64,000 nt of DNA from Ylistrum balloti (taxonomy: Eukaryota), in contig NW_026782155.1 of assembly GCF_031769215.1 (NCBI RefSeq), positions 744,001 to 808,000 on the forward strand, written 5' to 3'. Positions 10,451 to 22,600 of this stretch are shown here, piece after piece (positions within the stretch are counted from its first letter, which is position 1; every line of letters begins with the position of its first letter). Below the pieces are notes generated by a model, which had not been told where the DNA came from, did no database searches, and saw nothing but the letters and a program-made list of their open reading frames with translations. A program made the position numbers and the translations under genes.

Positions 10451-12309
10451 GTAGTGTATTATTATTACATATTATATTATTATCATATATAGAGAGTTCC
10501 ATCAGTTTTATAAAACGTCTGATAGTTTCCATTTACTGCGCCTGTGGCGTGGTCGAATTTACAAAAAAAAAGGAGAATAACGATTTTAATAATACGAAAA
10601 GGAATCAAATATAACATTTTGCTTACCATAAAACAGTATTTCATGAGACTTAAACAAAATAAAAATTGCCGATATTCTCACTCTTTATTCATTTATATTA
10701 AGATGCCATGACATAATTACACAATGGAAAGACCTTGGACTTTTAATCAATCACAGCTCCACTAGGTTAAAATACACTTCTGAAATTGAGATAAAGAAAT
10801 GAAAAAAAAATCATTGCTCCTTAAAGAAATCTGAATCCGAGAAGTTTTTGTGTTATCGTTTTAATTTACATACTTATTAATTTGGCACAATTAGAATTGC
10901 GAGGCTCAGATTTGCTTGAAAAGAGTATTTTGATGATTGATGAGAAATTTTACAGCAGTGACAACTACAAGCTTCGTTAAAAGTGGAAGCATTGTCCAAA
11001 TCCAAACAATGAAACATATGTATACATGATAATTGTGTATGTGGTATTTGCATAAAAATAACATGAGAGATAATTTGTCTTCCAACTGGCAACCACTGAA
11101 TGTGACTCGTCAGCACCGTGTAAGTAATTATACGTATTACAGAATTATCCTGCCACTGTATTAACGAGGCTTTACCTGACATTGAACTGTCATGTATACA
11201 ACAGATTGTGTGTTCAATAAACATATGCATGAATCCCGTTCTGGTGGACATTGACATTTTCCCTCATGATGGAAGCAAAATGTTCAATATTCTTTACATG
11301 ATTTGATTGAGAATGTTATTTGCTACTGTAATTCTCTCTACAAACTGTGGGAGAGATGAAATATTGAAGTACTATGTGATAGTTTGATCAAATCGGTAGA
11401 TTTGTCATTCAATGTTTTATTACAATATTTTTTTCCTTAAAAAAAATTTTGAAAAATAATGTCATAAAATGTATAAAAAAATCTGTTTCGTTTTTTTATG
11501 CTACAAATTATTATGAATTTAAATAAAATAAAAAACATAGTTTAATTTGGATGAAGGCCTGTATTGATATACGATAACATAGAGTCCAAAAACAATATTT
11601 TGAAAAATGTTTTGTGATGATATGCGGTAATGATGTATTAGATATGAATATAATGGGTGAAAACAAAGATTGACCAGCATGTCTATGCGGAAAACAAGTT
11701 CCGAAACATTTTCCAAAAATCAAAATTTTGTGCTTGTTAAGGATTCTGAGGTTTGTTCATGTTTTCGTTAATAATCTTTTTTGTATGAACTATTTTGCAA
11801 CGCAAACAGCACAAAGGTTAATTTCAAGCCGAAAAGCGTTTTGCAACGAAATATCATATCAAATATAACAACTAAGTATTAAGGTTGTAAACCCAAAATT
11901 GCTCAGCTTTGCTACTGCTAGGTCCAAAATGAACCAAAATCCAAATATCAAAAAGTAAAATGTACAGGCTCTCAAACAAAAACCTATTATCAAAATTGGT
12001 GTGTCTCACAGATATTATATAATATAGTTAAGCGGTGGACTGAAAATATCAGAGAATACAAATGTATAACAATACATCTGTACTTACTGCATGGCTGTTT
12101 TGCAGGAAATTCCTGTCACTGTAACCGCAAAATTTCCGCGGAATCACAAAGTGATACACCACATCCTTCATATGTACGTGACCATTGTGTTGATACCAAG
12201 AACAGGCGTAACCTGGCTAGATCCAGTTTTAATTTACTACTTCACTTGGAGGCGCCATGCGGTTGTCGCACCAGACGACGACTACAATAACAACATTTAT
12301 TGACACTAA

Positions 12310-13135
12310 AGCGTATATTATCTCAGCTTCCGATTGCATCATCCTTTACACCAGACGTACGGCGTCATTAGAAATGTGCTGAAAAGATGTGAAACGATAG
12401 TCACAGGAGACTACCACAAGAAGAAAGATCAAAATCACATTCATAGCGCAATGAAAACATATGGATACCTTATTAGTCAATCCAGAAATTAACCAACGAA
12501 TTTTGGGAAAGCAGAGAAAAGAATAAAAGATGAAATATCAAGGTAAGACCAAACAACGAAAAGACAATTTGTCATCCCGTACATCAAAGACATGTCAGAC
12601 GATTTACTGTAGTAATGATAGTGCAACAGCCATGAAATCTCTCAAGACATCATAAGGATATGACACAAATAAAGAGAATCGGAAACAATTGCGAAACATC
12701 ATATGTCAGAGAAACGCACAGGAAATTCAGGGTCAAACTCAATGAACATCGGAAAGATGGAAAGACACGGAATCCGAAGAAGATTCACTTTACATTCACA
12801 TTCAACGTGAAAGCTTTCTCAGTCCCAAAGCAGATAAACAAATCAGAACAACAAAACAGATCCGTTCACACAACAAAATCTTATTTTTAACATGTTTTCT
12901 GACGGATGATCAAGGTGGATACGCCGGAGCGGGCTGTTTTTTTATAGTACAGCCGAAACTTTCGGTCGATTTTCCTACGAACACTACGTACGTCAGTGTT
13001 ATTACGCTTCACACTAATTGTTTATATCACGCTGACCGTGTTGCCATAGAAACGTCACACTCAAGTCTTCTACTGATAATGTTGTAAGGTCTTCTATCTT
13101 AATGATTTTAACAACCTGAGTAAAATGTTCCGAAA
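12310..13135 (+). mobile_element. Penelope-like retroelement 3' remnant (RT thumb, GIY-YIG fragment, terminal repeat)
   Basis: Degenerate translations LHHPLHQTYGVIRNVLKRCETIVT...KTYGY, FVIPYIKDMSD and CETSYVRETHRKFRVKLNEHRK fit Penelope RT thumb and GIY-YIG motifs. They are followed by a repeat that also occurs at 271-450 and 51310-51440. Confidence 0.8.
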
Positions 13136-15243
13136 TACAATGTGGCCGAGTTTATGGCATCATATCTTTCATGTCTGCCCGCGAAATCGAACCCAAATCG
13201 CACAGGTTAAAAACAGGTTTGTAACTGTTTTCGATTTAAACATATTTATTTCCCTAAAATTGAGCAGATGATTAGGCACAAGTTATTTCAACTTATGACC
13301 GCCTTTTCCTCTAATACAATACATGATAATATTTACATGATAACATTAACAAGGCATACATAATATATATATTTAACAGTTAGTACATTTTACTTAAAAT
13401 CTGTGTGTAACTGCTACCCCACAAGACTGTTTATAATAAAGATTTATGACTTATATCTAGGCAGTAAAATTCAACCAAGAAAAGAACATTAGGTGTTGTT
13501 GTAAGTTGGAAGAAGATTTACGAAATGTAAAATAGAAATTGAGATTTCTATTAAAAGCAAAAATGTTTTAGTACATCATTAATTACTTTGATGATTTATG
13601 AGATATTTACGTCTCTATTCACAAGAGTATCAATATGGTATTTCTGATGGAGTGTGATAAAACGTTTTTAACAATAATCTGAAAATTAAAAGATATCTTT
13701 ATCATATTACTTTATATAAATCAAGATAGAAATTGACGAAACAGATTTTCGTTCTTGTAGCTATCTGTCTGAGCGATCAAAACACATTTTAACCTCCCAT
13801 GTTCACAACGGATATTAGCACGTTTATCCTTAATCAAAGTACTGAAAGTCCTGAAAGGCTAAACGTATTGAAAAATGTTCACAAATAACCGCAAAGCTTA
13901 CTTTCCCCATACTCCTACACTTTGGAATGCAAAAATTACTAAAATAAATATCTTCTTTAATTCTTATTTCAAATTTGACGACAATAATGTGAACAAATCA
14001 AAATAGGTAAAAAAAATAACAAAATACACACAACCATATATTTATCGCCAACAAGCCAAATGATTAATAGCTCTATGATGAAGTTGACTAAATAAAACCT
14101 TTGAAATACCCAAGATGTTGCAATTACTATCTTATCAATATGAGGATTTAGACAAATCGAAAGGACTTTATGCCTACTTCTTTATTTTGAGTGTATTGCA
14201 AAGTAATAGTCCTTACTTATTGTAATTATATTTGTAGTTGAGGAAAGTAGATAAGGTGTACACATCATTTCAGATAGATTAAAGTGTAAGTAATTACATT
14301 AAATGTATTTACATGCCTATCTTCCTAGAAGTATCATGGTTAGACTTTTCTTGCAGTAATTATGTCTATAAAGACATAGTTCTTTGAGATTAAACCAGAC
14401 TTCCATATATATATATACAAAATTTACAATATTTTCACTATAGCTACTACTATTTCTGATCTCCAATGCATTAGATAATGTCACCATGACACGCTAAATG
14501 AATAAATATGTTATGGAAATATTTCGTTCTAGTTAATTGATAATTATAAACATGAATATTTTGTTTTTTTATACGCGCTTTGTTTAAAGGAATATTTTCA
14601 TTTCAAGGAACTTTGATACACATTAACAAACTTTGAGAAATCAGCACAATCAACCTTCATCAAATAAAACTAAAAGACAAAAAATATAGGTTATAACAAA
14701 GTCAACATCATGATCAGTACAGTATTAAAAATATATCATTCATAAATCATGAGCACCAAATGTACCTTGCCTACGAAGCGCAAACTTTTTATCTTCAAAA
14801 ACTTGAAAAAGTGTCATGGCGGTGGGTGTGAAAAACCTGAAAAAAAGTGTCATATCGGCTGGTGTGCGCGTAGGACGAACAGTCCAATTCGGTGACGTCT
14901 ACTGAGGTAAAGTGATGTTATATATTAAGACGATCTTGCCAAAACGACAAGGATTAAAACAAAACTGATGTTCTGTTTGTAAGTTTTGTTTGTTTATAAG
15001 TGCTGTTAGTTGATATTTCAAACCAAGCCCACAGACTAGCTTCTTATCAACTCGCACGTACAGTGTTCTGTACGCTGTCGAGAATTCCGTAAAATATATT
15101 GTTCAAAATTCATCAATAGTTCAACCACACTGTGCTTCTTTTTTTAAATATATAGTAATCGTATTGTTATTAAAAAAATAAACTAATTTTGTATGCTTTT
15201 AAGATAGCGATTTGAAAGATCGCGGCATTATTTACGCAGAAAA

Positions 15244-15262
15244 TTGCCGCTAGAGGGCTCTA
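15244..15262 (+). promoter_or_regulatory. CTCF-like motif between the two MMP promoters
   Basis: TTGCCGCTAGAGGGCTCTA versus consensus TGGCCACCAGGGGGCGCTA. A CCAAT box (cagccaatgag) lies about 20 nt downstream. Confidence 0.35.
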
Positions 15263-16021
15263 ACTCTTTTCGATATTTCAGCCAATGAGAAGGCCAGGAT
15301 CGTTAAATTTTGTCTGAAAGGCCGTAGCAATAGGCTATGTGTACTGAGTACGCTTAGCCTAAAAACGCGTCCAGAGAACAAGATTGCGTTCAGGGAGAAT
15401 CAAGCGAAACATGCGTCACAGACGATATCTGTCATTTATGTGACAGGTAGTTCAATTACTATTAACTTAGTAAAGTGTCTTATCATTGTCTGTGCCAGTA
15501 CATGTCAGTCAACTATGTTGGGAAGTTCCTGTTACACGTGTCGTGTCAGGGTGGTGGTGTCATCGTCCATATTTGTTGTTGTTTTCGTCCTGTATGTAAA
15601 TTAGGGTGTAAGGAGTTGTGAAAAAGCATGCAATGGTGAGTGGAGTATGGAAGTGAAATAATAAAAACCCTATTACACAGCGTGCCCGGCGCACTATAGC
15701 CAGGACAGTCGTATATACGGACGTATCCTCTGGAGTCCATTTACGTATGCCCGCATGATAGTACAAAATGCGTACAGAATGAAGCACTTTACCAGACCGA
15801 CGAGGTTTTGGAAGGTAAATATTATAATCTACGTTTCAATTACTTTCATTCGCGGGATTGGACTTGACATGTATACAGTAAATTAAAACGTACATGTTAC
15901 GTAACATATCACCTTGTCATAGTACTATCCAGCTATTTGTGTATTTTTTTCAGGGGTTTCAAGCTATAGCTATTCACGGGAAGGCCCAATAAAAGAATGG
16001 CAGGCAATTTCGTTGTTGTTA

Positions 16022-17437
16022 TATACTCAACAAAAAGAGAAAGGTTAACATGTTTCCTTGGCGAATACCTGTAAATGAGTGAAAACAAAATGACGTTTGT
16101 GCAATATTAGAAAATGGTTATGTTTTACATTACAAAATCCACGGGGGTTACCAAAATCATTCAAGCGTGAAAGTCTGTATTAGCGAAAGAGCTGCACGAG
16201 GTTTTCTGCGACTCTTAGGATCCTTAGAACTTAGAAATCACCGAATCTTGCTATCTATCAACTTTATCATTATGCCCCGGCTGTTACAAGTACAGAGAGA
16301 AAGGGCTGTAGGCATGATCCGGGCTGGGGGGTCTCGCCGTCGAGTTGCACGGCAATTTGGTTGCAGTGTTGACAATTTACCAGTTGGTAAGTCGTTTAAA
16401 CCAAACTGGGTCAACATCCGATCGTCCCCGAAGCGGCCGACCCCGTAAAACGACCGACAGGGATGACCGTCGTATACGATTGATACACTTGCGCAATCGA
16501 TTCGTAACCGCAGTAGAGACTACAAGGACATTGTTTGGGCGTCCCCAAACAGTCCGCAACAGGTTGAGGGCCTACCAATTGAAAGCGCGGCGTCTCCACA
16601 CTGGACCCAATTTGTTGCGACGTCACCGTAATAATCGGCGTAACTTGACCCGTGTTCACCGTCGTTCTGTTTTCAGATGAGTCCAGGTTTTGTCTGCAAC
16701 ACGGTGACGGAAGGCGCAGAGTGTGGAGGTGACGCGGGGAGCGTTTTGCGAACTGCTGCGTTGCAGAACGGGACCGCTTTGGCGGCGGAAGTGTAATGGT
16801 TTGGGGTGGTATTTGTGGGGGGACTCGTACCAGGCTTGTTGTGTTAAATGGCTATTTAACCGGCATTCGATATCGGGACGAAATTTTAAGACCAGTGGTT
16901 CTGCCATTCTTAAGACGCCATGGCGTTGGCGCCATTTTTCAACAGGATAACGCACCAGCGCACACCAGTCGCGTCAGCAGAACTTTCTTGCAGCAGAATA
17001 ACGTACAGGTGTTAGATTGGCCATCTAAATCACCTGATTTGTCACTGATTGAGCATGTCTGGGACGTTCTTGGGCGACGCGTGAGAGAACGTCAAACTTG
17101 CAGGAGCTGGCCCAAGCCTTGATCGCTGAATGGAACAACATCTCTCCTCGAATTATCCGCCGGTTTACGAGTTCCATGCGACGACGCTGCAATGCTGTTT
17201 ACTTCGCAAACGGTGGCCATACCCGTTACTAATGGTTTTACCTTAGAAATTGACCCCAACGTCCTTTACAGTCGAATAAAATCAACTGAACGCAAATTTT
17301 TTTAATGAACCATGACTGCAGTTTTATCAGAATTGATCAATTACTTTATTCGTACATGATTGGTAAGAATTTATGAAGGGGTTAATTAATTAATCACAGA
17401 ATAAAGTAGTGTTACCTTTCTTTTTCTGTTTAGTATA
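16022..17437 (+). mobile_element. Tc1/mariner DNA transposon (DD34E), full length but defective
   Basis: Imperfect TIRs: TATACTCAACAAAAAGAGAAAGGTTAACA on the left; reverse complement of the right end is TATACTAAACAGAAAAAGAAAGGTAACA. TA at both ends. A transposase pseudogene lies inside. Confidence 0.92.
16272..17232 (+). pseudogene. Tc1 transposase pseudogene
   Basis: MPRL..QRERAVGM (HTH), RPRSGRPRKTT, FSDESRF, VMVWGGI, FQQDNAPAH, SPDLSLIEHVW (34 residues from D to E), ANGGHTRY*. Frameshifts near 16370, 16665 and 17095, and an in-frame TGA at 16730-16732. Confidence 0.9.
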
Positions 17438-19665
17438 TTTGACCTGTGACATGTATTCAAATCTTAGGGAGGTATGTCACGTCCTTGAATGAGAGCGTTG
17501 TTTTTCGGGCATGTTGACGAGCAATTCATCTAACGGTATGCCACATTTAAGGATTGAATCTTGCGTCGTAGTTCATTAAATTTGTCCCAAGACCAACTCA
17601 ATTCATCATCCCATGAAATCAACATAAGCAAGATTCAATCCATATATTTCAATTCATGCTTCTTTTTGCTATAGCATGGGAACTGACGCAATTTACCTTC
17701 TACTTTCATTTTCGTTTCTTGTCATCATATCGTCTGACGTCATACAAGCAAATAGTCCGTCATTTGAAGACAGATTATTGTGACAGGTTGAAATGTATTT
17801 CATCGTGGTTACTTAATTTTCAATGAAACTTAAATAAGAACAGAATTTAATTTATTTTTCGACAACTTTAATGAAAATTTCAATAATAGTGTGCAACAAA
17901 GACAGTATGCATTTTTCCCCGCGGAGGAATAACGTCTAGGCGTGGTGCGCCGGTTCGCAAACGAAGCGGTGTCGGACATTTTTTTTTTACAGGCACCGAA
18001 GCGGAGAGCAAGAAATATCAGGCTTCAGTCGCTTCACATCTTTTGAAACGTAAGTTACAGTTATTAAATGTTGAATTAAATTTTTATTTTTATTTTTTTG
18101 TAATCTCATACTTGTGGTATATTGCCTGTCTAGTAGAAGTTGGGGAGTTTTTTTCCCCCTTACTTAATATTTGTATTCATACGCACTGGCAATATTAATG
18201 TGGTCAAATTCATTGGTAAATGAAACAGATCAAATAAAGTAGTTTCATTGAGTCTGATTTGTGTAGAAATTGAAATATTAAGATATAAAATGATTCCCAA
18301 CCAAAATGGCACCCATAAAACTTTTCTATAACCTGACAACTTTGTGAATGCTGATAAGCAAAAAAATTATTGACGTAAGATAACGAAAATTGATTATGTT
18401 ATGATCAAGTTAGTACGTATATCGAAAATGTATGCATTTTGTACTTCTTTCATCAATCACAAATAGGAAACATAATTATAATGAAATTTCGGTATTTCCT
18501 TTGTATTATACTCATATTTTGTGAATATTTAATATGAAACCACCTTTATCTAAATGTCTTCGTTACATTACAAATGTAAAACTTTTTTCATCCAGATAAA
18601 TATCAATTTATATATCATACAGAATTAATGTCAACTAGACGTTTTCTTTAATCGACACATCAGCTCTCAACAGTCAACATATTATGAAAGGTAAACAAGG
18701 CTGTCTTAATTAACTGACAATATTGAATTGTTTAAGGGACTCTGAATGTCGGCACAGCGAAATTTATGAAACTCACTTTTCCTACATCTAGTCTAAGTAC
18801 GATGTTTTGATTACATTTGTCGTTAGCAAAGATGTTAACATTTATGATAAAGGAGATTGTTTTTCATACATCTTGTTCACGCTTCGTGTTGCTAACGTGA
18901 CATGTGAAAATTTACAGAAATAGATTTTTCTAGACAAGAGCTGTTGCATCATTGACATTACCTGATAGCATTGGTAAACAGGCATACATTTATTTCAAAT
19001 CACAGTTTAACTCTTTAGAACGCTGCTACATATTAACAAATTGTTGCCTAAAACACTTTTCTCTGTGAATTGAAGTTGAACCTGTATATGCCCCTACGAT
19101 CGATATTTTTTTCTCAATGAAATAAATCCAATACCCGTAACTGTCGGAAAGAATGGCTTTGCTGTCATCATGCTACAAAGGTGCTCAGAATAGAAAACAA
19201 ATAAAAACTGAATAAAACATTACGTAACATCAAGATGCTAGTGGAGTAAAAACGTGATGTACTGGCATGACCCATCAATGTAGTCATATGTACCGCTTCA
19301 AATAGCAGGTTAATGCACAACGGAAGTGATGACATACCACATAAAATTCATTTAAAAGCATTATAACATTATGTTGTAGGCGAGTGGATAACGTTTTGTT
19401 GAAGTTGAGTGATTTTACATTTAGATCAAATTCGTTAGGCCATATATGGCAAAAACGATAAATGTTCGTGATGAAATAAGTATTACAGATAACTGTAGAT
19501 GAGGATAGTCAATTCACACTACACTTACAAACCTTCCGGTCGGAAAATGCACATACATTGGCGCCTAGCTGTGTATGATTTCAACAACGGAAGGGTAGAG
19601 TCATTAACTTCCTTCAACTCTTGTTTATCGCTAGTATAGTCAACTGTGATACTATAACAATAACA

Positions 19666-22600
19666 ATGCAATTTCAATACATAATTCATTTCATGTATTT
19701 ACTGATACATTTATATGGTATCTCAGATGGAATGACAGATCTTGAAATCGATGTAAGTATTAAATGTTTAAACAATTAAGTACACTCTGTTATCTATCTC
19801 TATCTTGTCTCTACCTCTCTGTCTTTTACTGTTCTTGTCTCCGCTTCCCTGTATATCTGCCTCTGTTTCTCTGTATATCTGTCTCTTTGTCTCTGTATAT
19901 CTATATCTGTCTCTGTGCCTCTGTCTCTGTGTCTCTGTATATTTGCCTTTTTTTTCTCTATATATCTGCCTCTGTGTCTCTGGATATCTGCCTCTGTGTC
20001 TCTATATATCTATATCTGTCTCTGTTTCTCTGTACATATGTTTCTGTTTCTCTGTATATCTGCCTCTGTGTATCTGTATATCTACATGTCTCTGTTTCTC
20101 TGTATATCTGCCTCTGTGTCTCTGGATATCTGCCTCTGTGTCTCTATATATCTATATCTGTCTCTGTTTCTCTGTACATATGTTTCTGTTTCTCTGTATA
20201 TCTGCCTCTGTGTATCTGTATATCTTTATGTCTCTGTTTCTCTGTATATCTGCCTCTGTGTTTCTATATATCTATATCTGTCTCTGTTTCTCTGTACATA
20301 TGTTTCTGTTTCTCTGTATATCTGCCTCTGTGTATCTGTATATCTATATGTCTCTGTTTCTCTGTATATCTGCCTCTGTGTTTCTATATATCTATATCTT
20401 TCTCTGTTTCTCTGTACACTTGTTTCTGTTTCTCTGTATATCTGCCTCTGTGTCTCTGTATATCTATATCTGTTTCTGTTTCTCTGTATATCTGCCTCTG
20501 TGTCTCTGTATATCTATATCTGTTTCTGTTTCTCTGTATATCTGCCTCTGTGTCTCTGTATATCTATATCTGTTTCTGTTTCTCTGTATATCTGCCTCTG
20601 TGTCTATGTATATATATATATATATATTTGTTTCTGTTTCTCTGTATATCTGCCTCTGTGTATCTGTATATCTATATGTCTCTGTTTCTCTGTATATCTG
20701 CCTCTGTGTTTCTATATATCTATATCTTTCTCTGTTTCTCTGTACACTTGTTTCTGTTTCTATGTATATCTACCTCTGTGTCTCTGTATATCTATATCTG
20801 TTTCTGTTTCTCTGTATATCTGCCTCTGTGTCTCTGTATATCTATATCTGTTTCTGTTTCTCTGTATATCTGCCTCTGTGTCTCTGTATATCTATATCTG
20901 TTTCTCTGTATATCTGCCTCTGTGTCTATGTATATATATATATATATATTTGTTTCTGTTTCTCTGTATATCTGCCTCTGTGTATCTGTATATCTATATG
21001 TCTCTGTTTCTCTGTATATCTGCCTCTGTGTTTCTATATATCTATATCTGTCTCTGTTTCTCTGTACACTTGTTTCTGTTTCTATGTATATCTACCTCTG
21101 TGTCTCTGTATATAAATATTTGTCTCTGTTTCTATGTATATCTACCTCTGTGTCTCTGTATATAAATATTTGTCTCTGTTTCTATGTATATCTACCTCTG
21201 TGTATCTGTATATATGTTACTGTGTCTCGGTATATCAGTCGCAGTGTTCTTGCATATCTTTTTTGTGTCTCTGTATATCTGTTTCTCTGTTTTGTTTCTC
21301 TGTGTCTCAGTACAAACATAATTGCTCTTCATGCCACTGTGTTTCAGTATAGTTGTTCTTCTGCCTGTATACCGGTCTCTGTCTCTTTATATATATCTGT
21401 AACTGCGCTCTGTACACCCATATTTCTCTATATCTGTTTCTCATTATATCTGCATCTCTGTCTGAGTACATTTGTCTNNNNNNNNNNNNNNNNNNNNNNN
21501 NNNNNNNNNNNNNNNNNNNNNNNNNNNNNNNNNNNNNNNNNNNNNNNNNNNNNNNNNNNNNNNNNNNNNNNNNNNNNNNNNNNNNNNNNNNNNNNNNNNN
21601 NNNNNNNNNNNNNNNNNNNNNNNNNNNNNNNNNNNNNNNNNNNNNNNNNNNNNNNNNNNNNNNNNNNTATCAAATACTAATGAAGATATTGATGGTATGT
21701 GATTAGTGTTGCTGAGTGCTTGCTATTCTTTACATGTAATAATCTGTTTTCATTTTGAGCTACTTCATCAACTTAATTTTATTTATATGAAGTTCAGTAA
21801 TCACGTAACAATCGTCCATTCTCAGAAAGACAATATGCTCGTTTAAGCTTGCAAAATATACAAGCTGTCAGCTTACTGAATATAGTGGATATAATAATAA
21901 ACATATTTTACAACGATTGCGAAACAAGGTTTTCCAACTTATATTAATCACTCTTGTTGGCCCGGATGTAAACGCGCGAATGGTTTTACTGTGGATGATT
22001 TGTATTTTGCGAAACAATTAAACAAAATGTCATTTCCAGCCTAAAAGAATAATCTGTATAGGTAATTATATGTTGTTAGTAGTCTGCTGTGTTCGTTATC
22101 ATTATATCATGGTTATAGTTAATAAAACGTTCTCAAGCCAAGTCTAAAATTAAAACAAGAACAGTTTTACCCGTTTTGCCCAAATTTCAAACAATTTTAA
22201 AACCATAACTAACTGTTGACTACTTATTTAAGAATGTTTTCATATTTGCACCTTTGTTTTCCTAGGACTACTGTCGAAGGTATGGATACCTTCAGGACAG
22301 AATGCCAGGAACAGGTATTCCGGCCTCGCCCGAAAACAGGAAACTAGGCCTTCAGTAAGTTGTTTTTGGGTTGAGGGTTATATCGAAATCTGATGGTGTG
22401 ACTTTAGGGTGAGGTTACTATCTTAAAAATATCAAAATATTAACAAACGGTAAAAATATAAAGGTAGGGCTCAAATATTGACATATTTCCACCTGTCACA
22501 TGTTCGACATTTTTATATGTAGGGTTGCATTTGGTTTACTCTTATCATTCTACTGGTGTGAGGGCAGAATCGTTGAGCTACAAACTGTTTAGATGAAGAT

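Noticed and set aside
10877-11257. 126-aa ORF upstream of MMP-A
   Set aside because: No domain similarity and no consistent splice partners.
15546-15787. GC-richer patch with two short minus-strand ORFs
   Set aside because: No recognisable protein or RNA motif; left unassigned.
16377-16955. Three minus-strand ORFs inside the Tc1 element
   Set aside because: Antisense shadows of the GC-rich transposase sequence.
21668-21700. Alternative MMP-B first exon ending at atg|gtatgt just after the gap
   Set aside because: No signal peptide is visible. The 19666-19752 exon supplies an ATG, a hydrophobic core, a gtaagt donor and the correct phase. An exon hidden in the gap cannot be fully excluded.
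19764-21706. Long ORFs (638, 436 and 416 aa) rich in L/S/C/Y/I/V/F
   Set aside because: Artefacts of the stop-poor TN satellite. They are open in all three frames and run into Ns.
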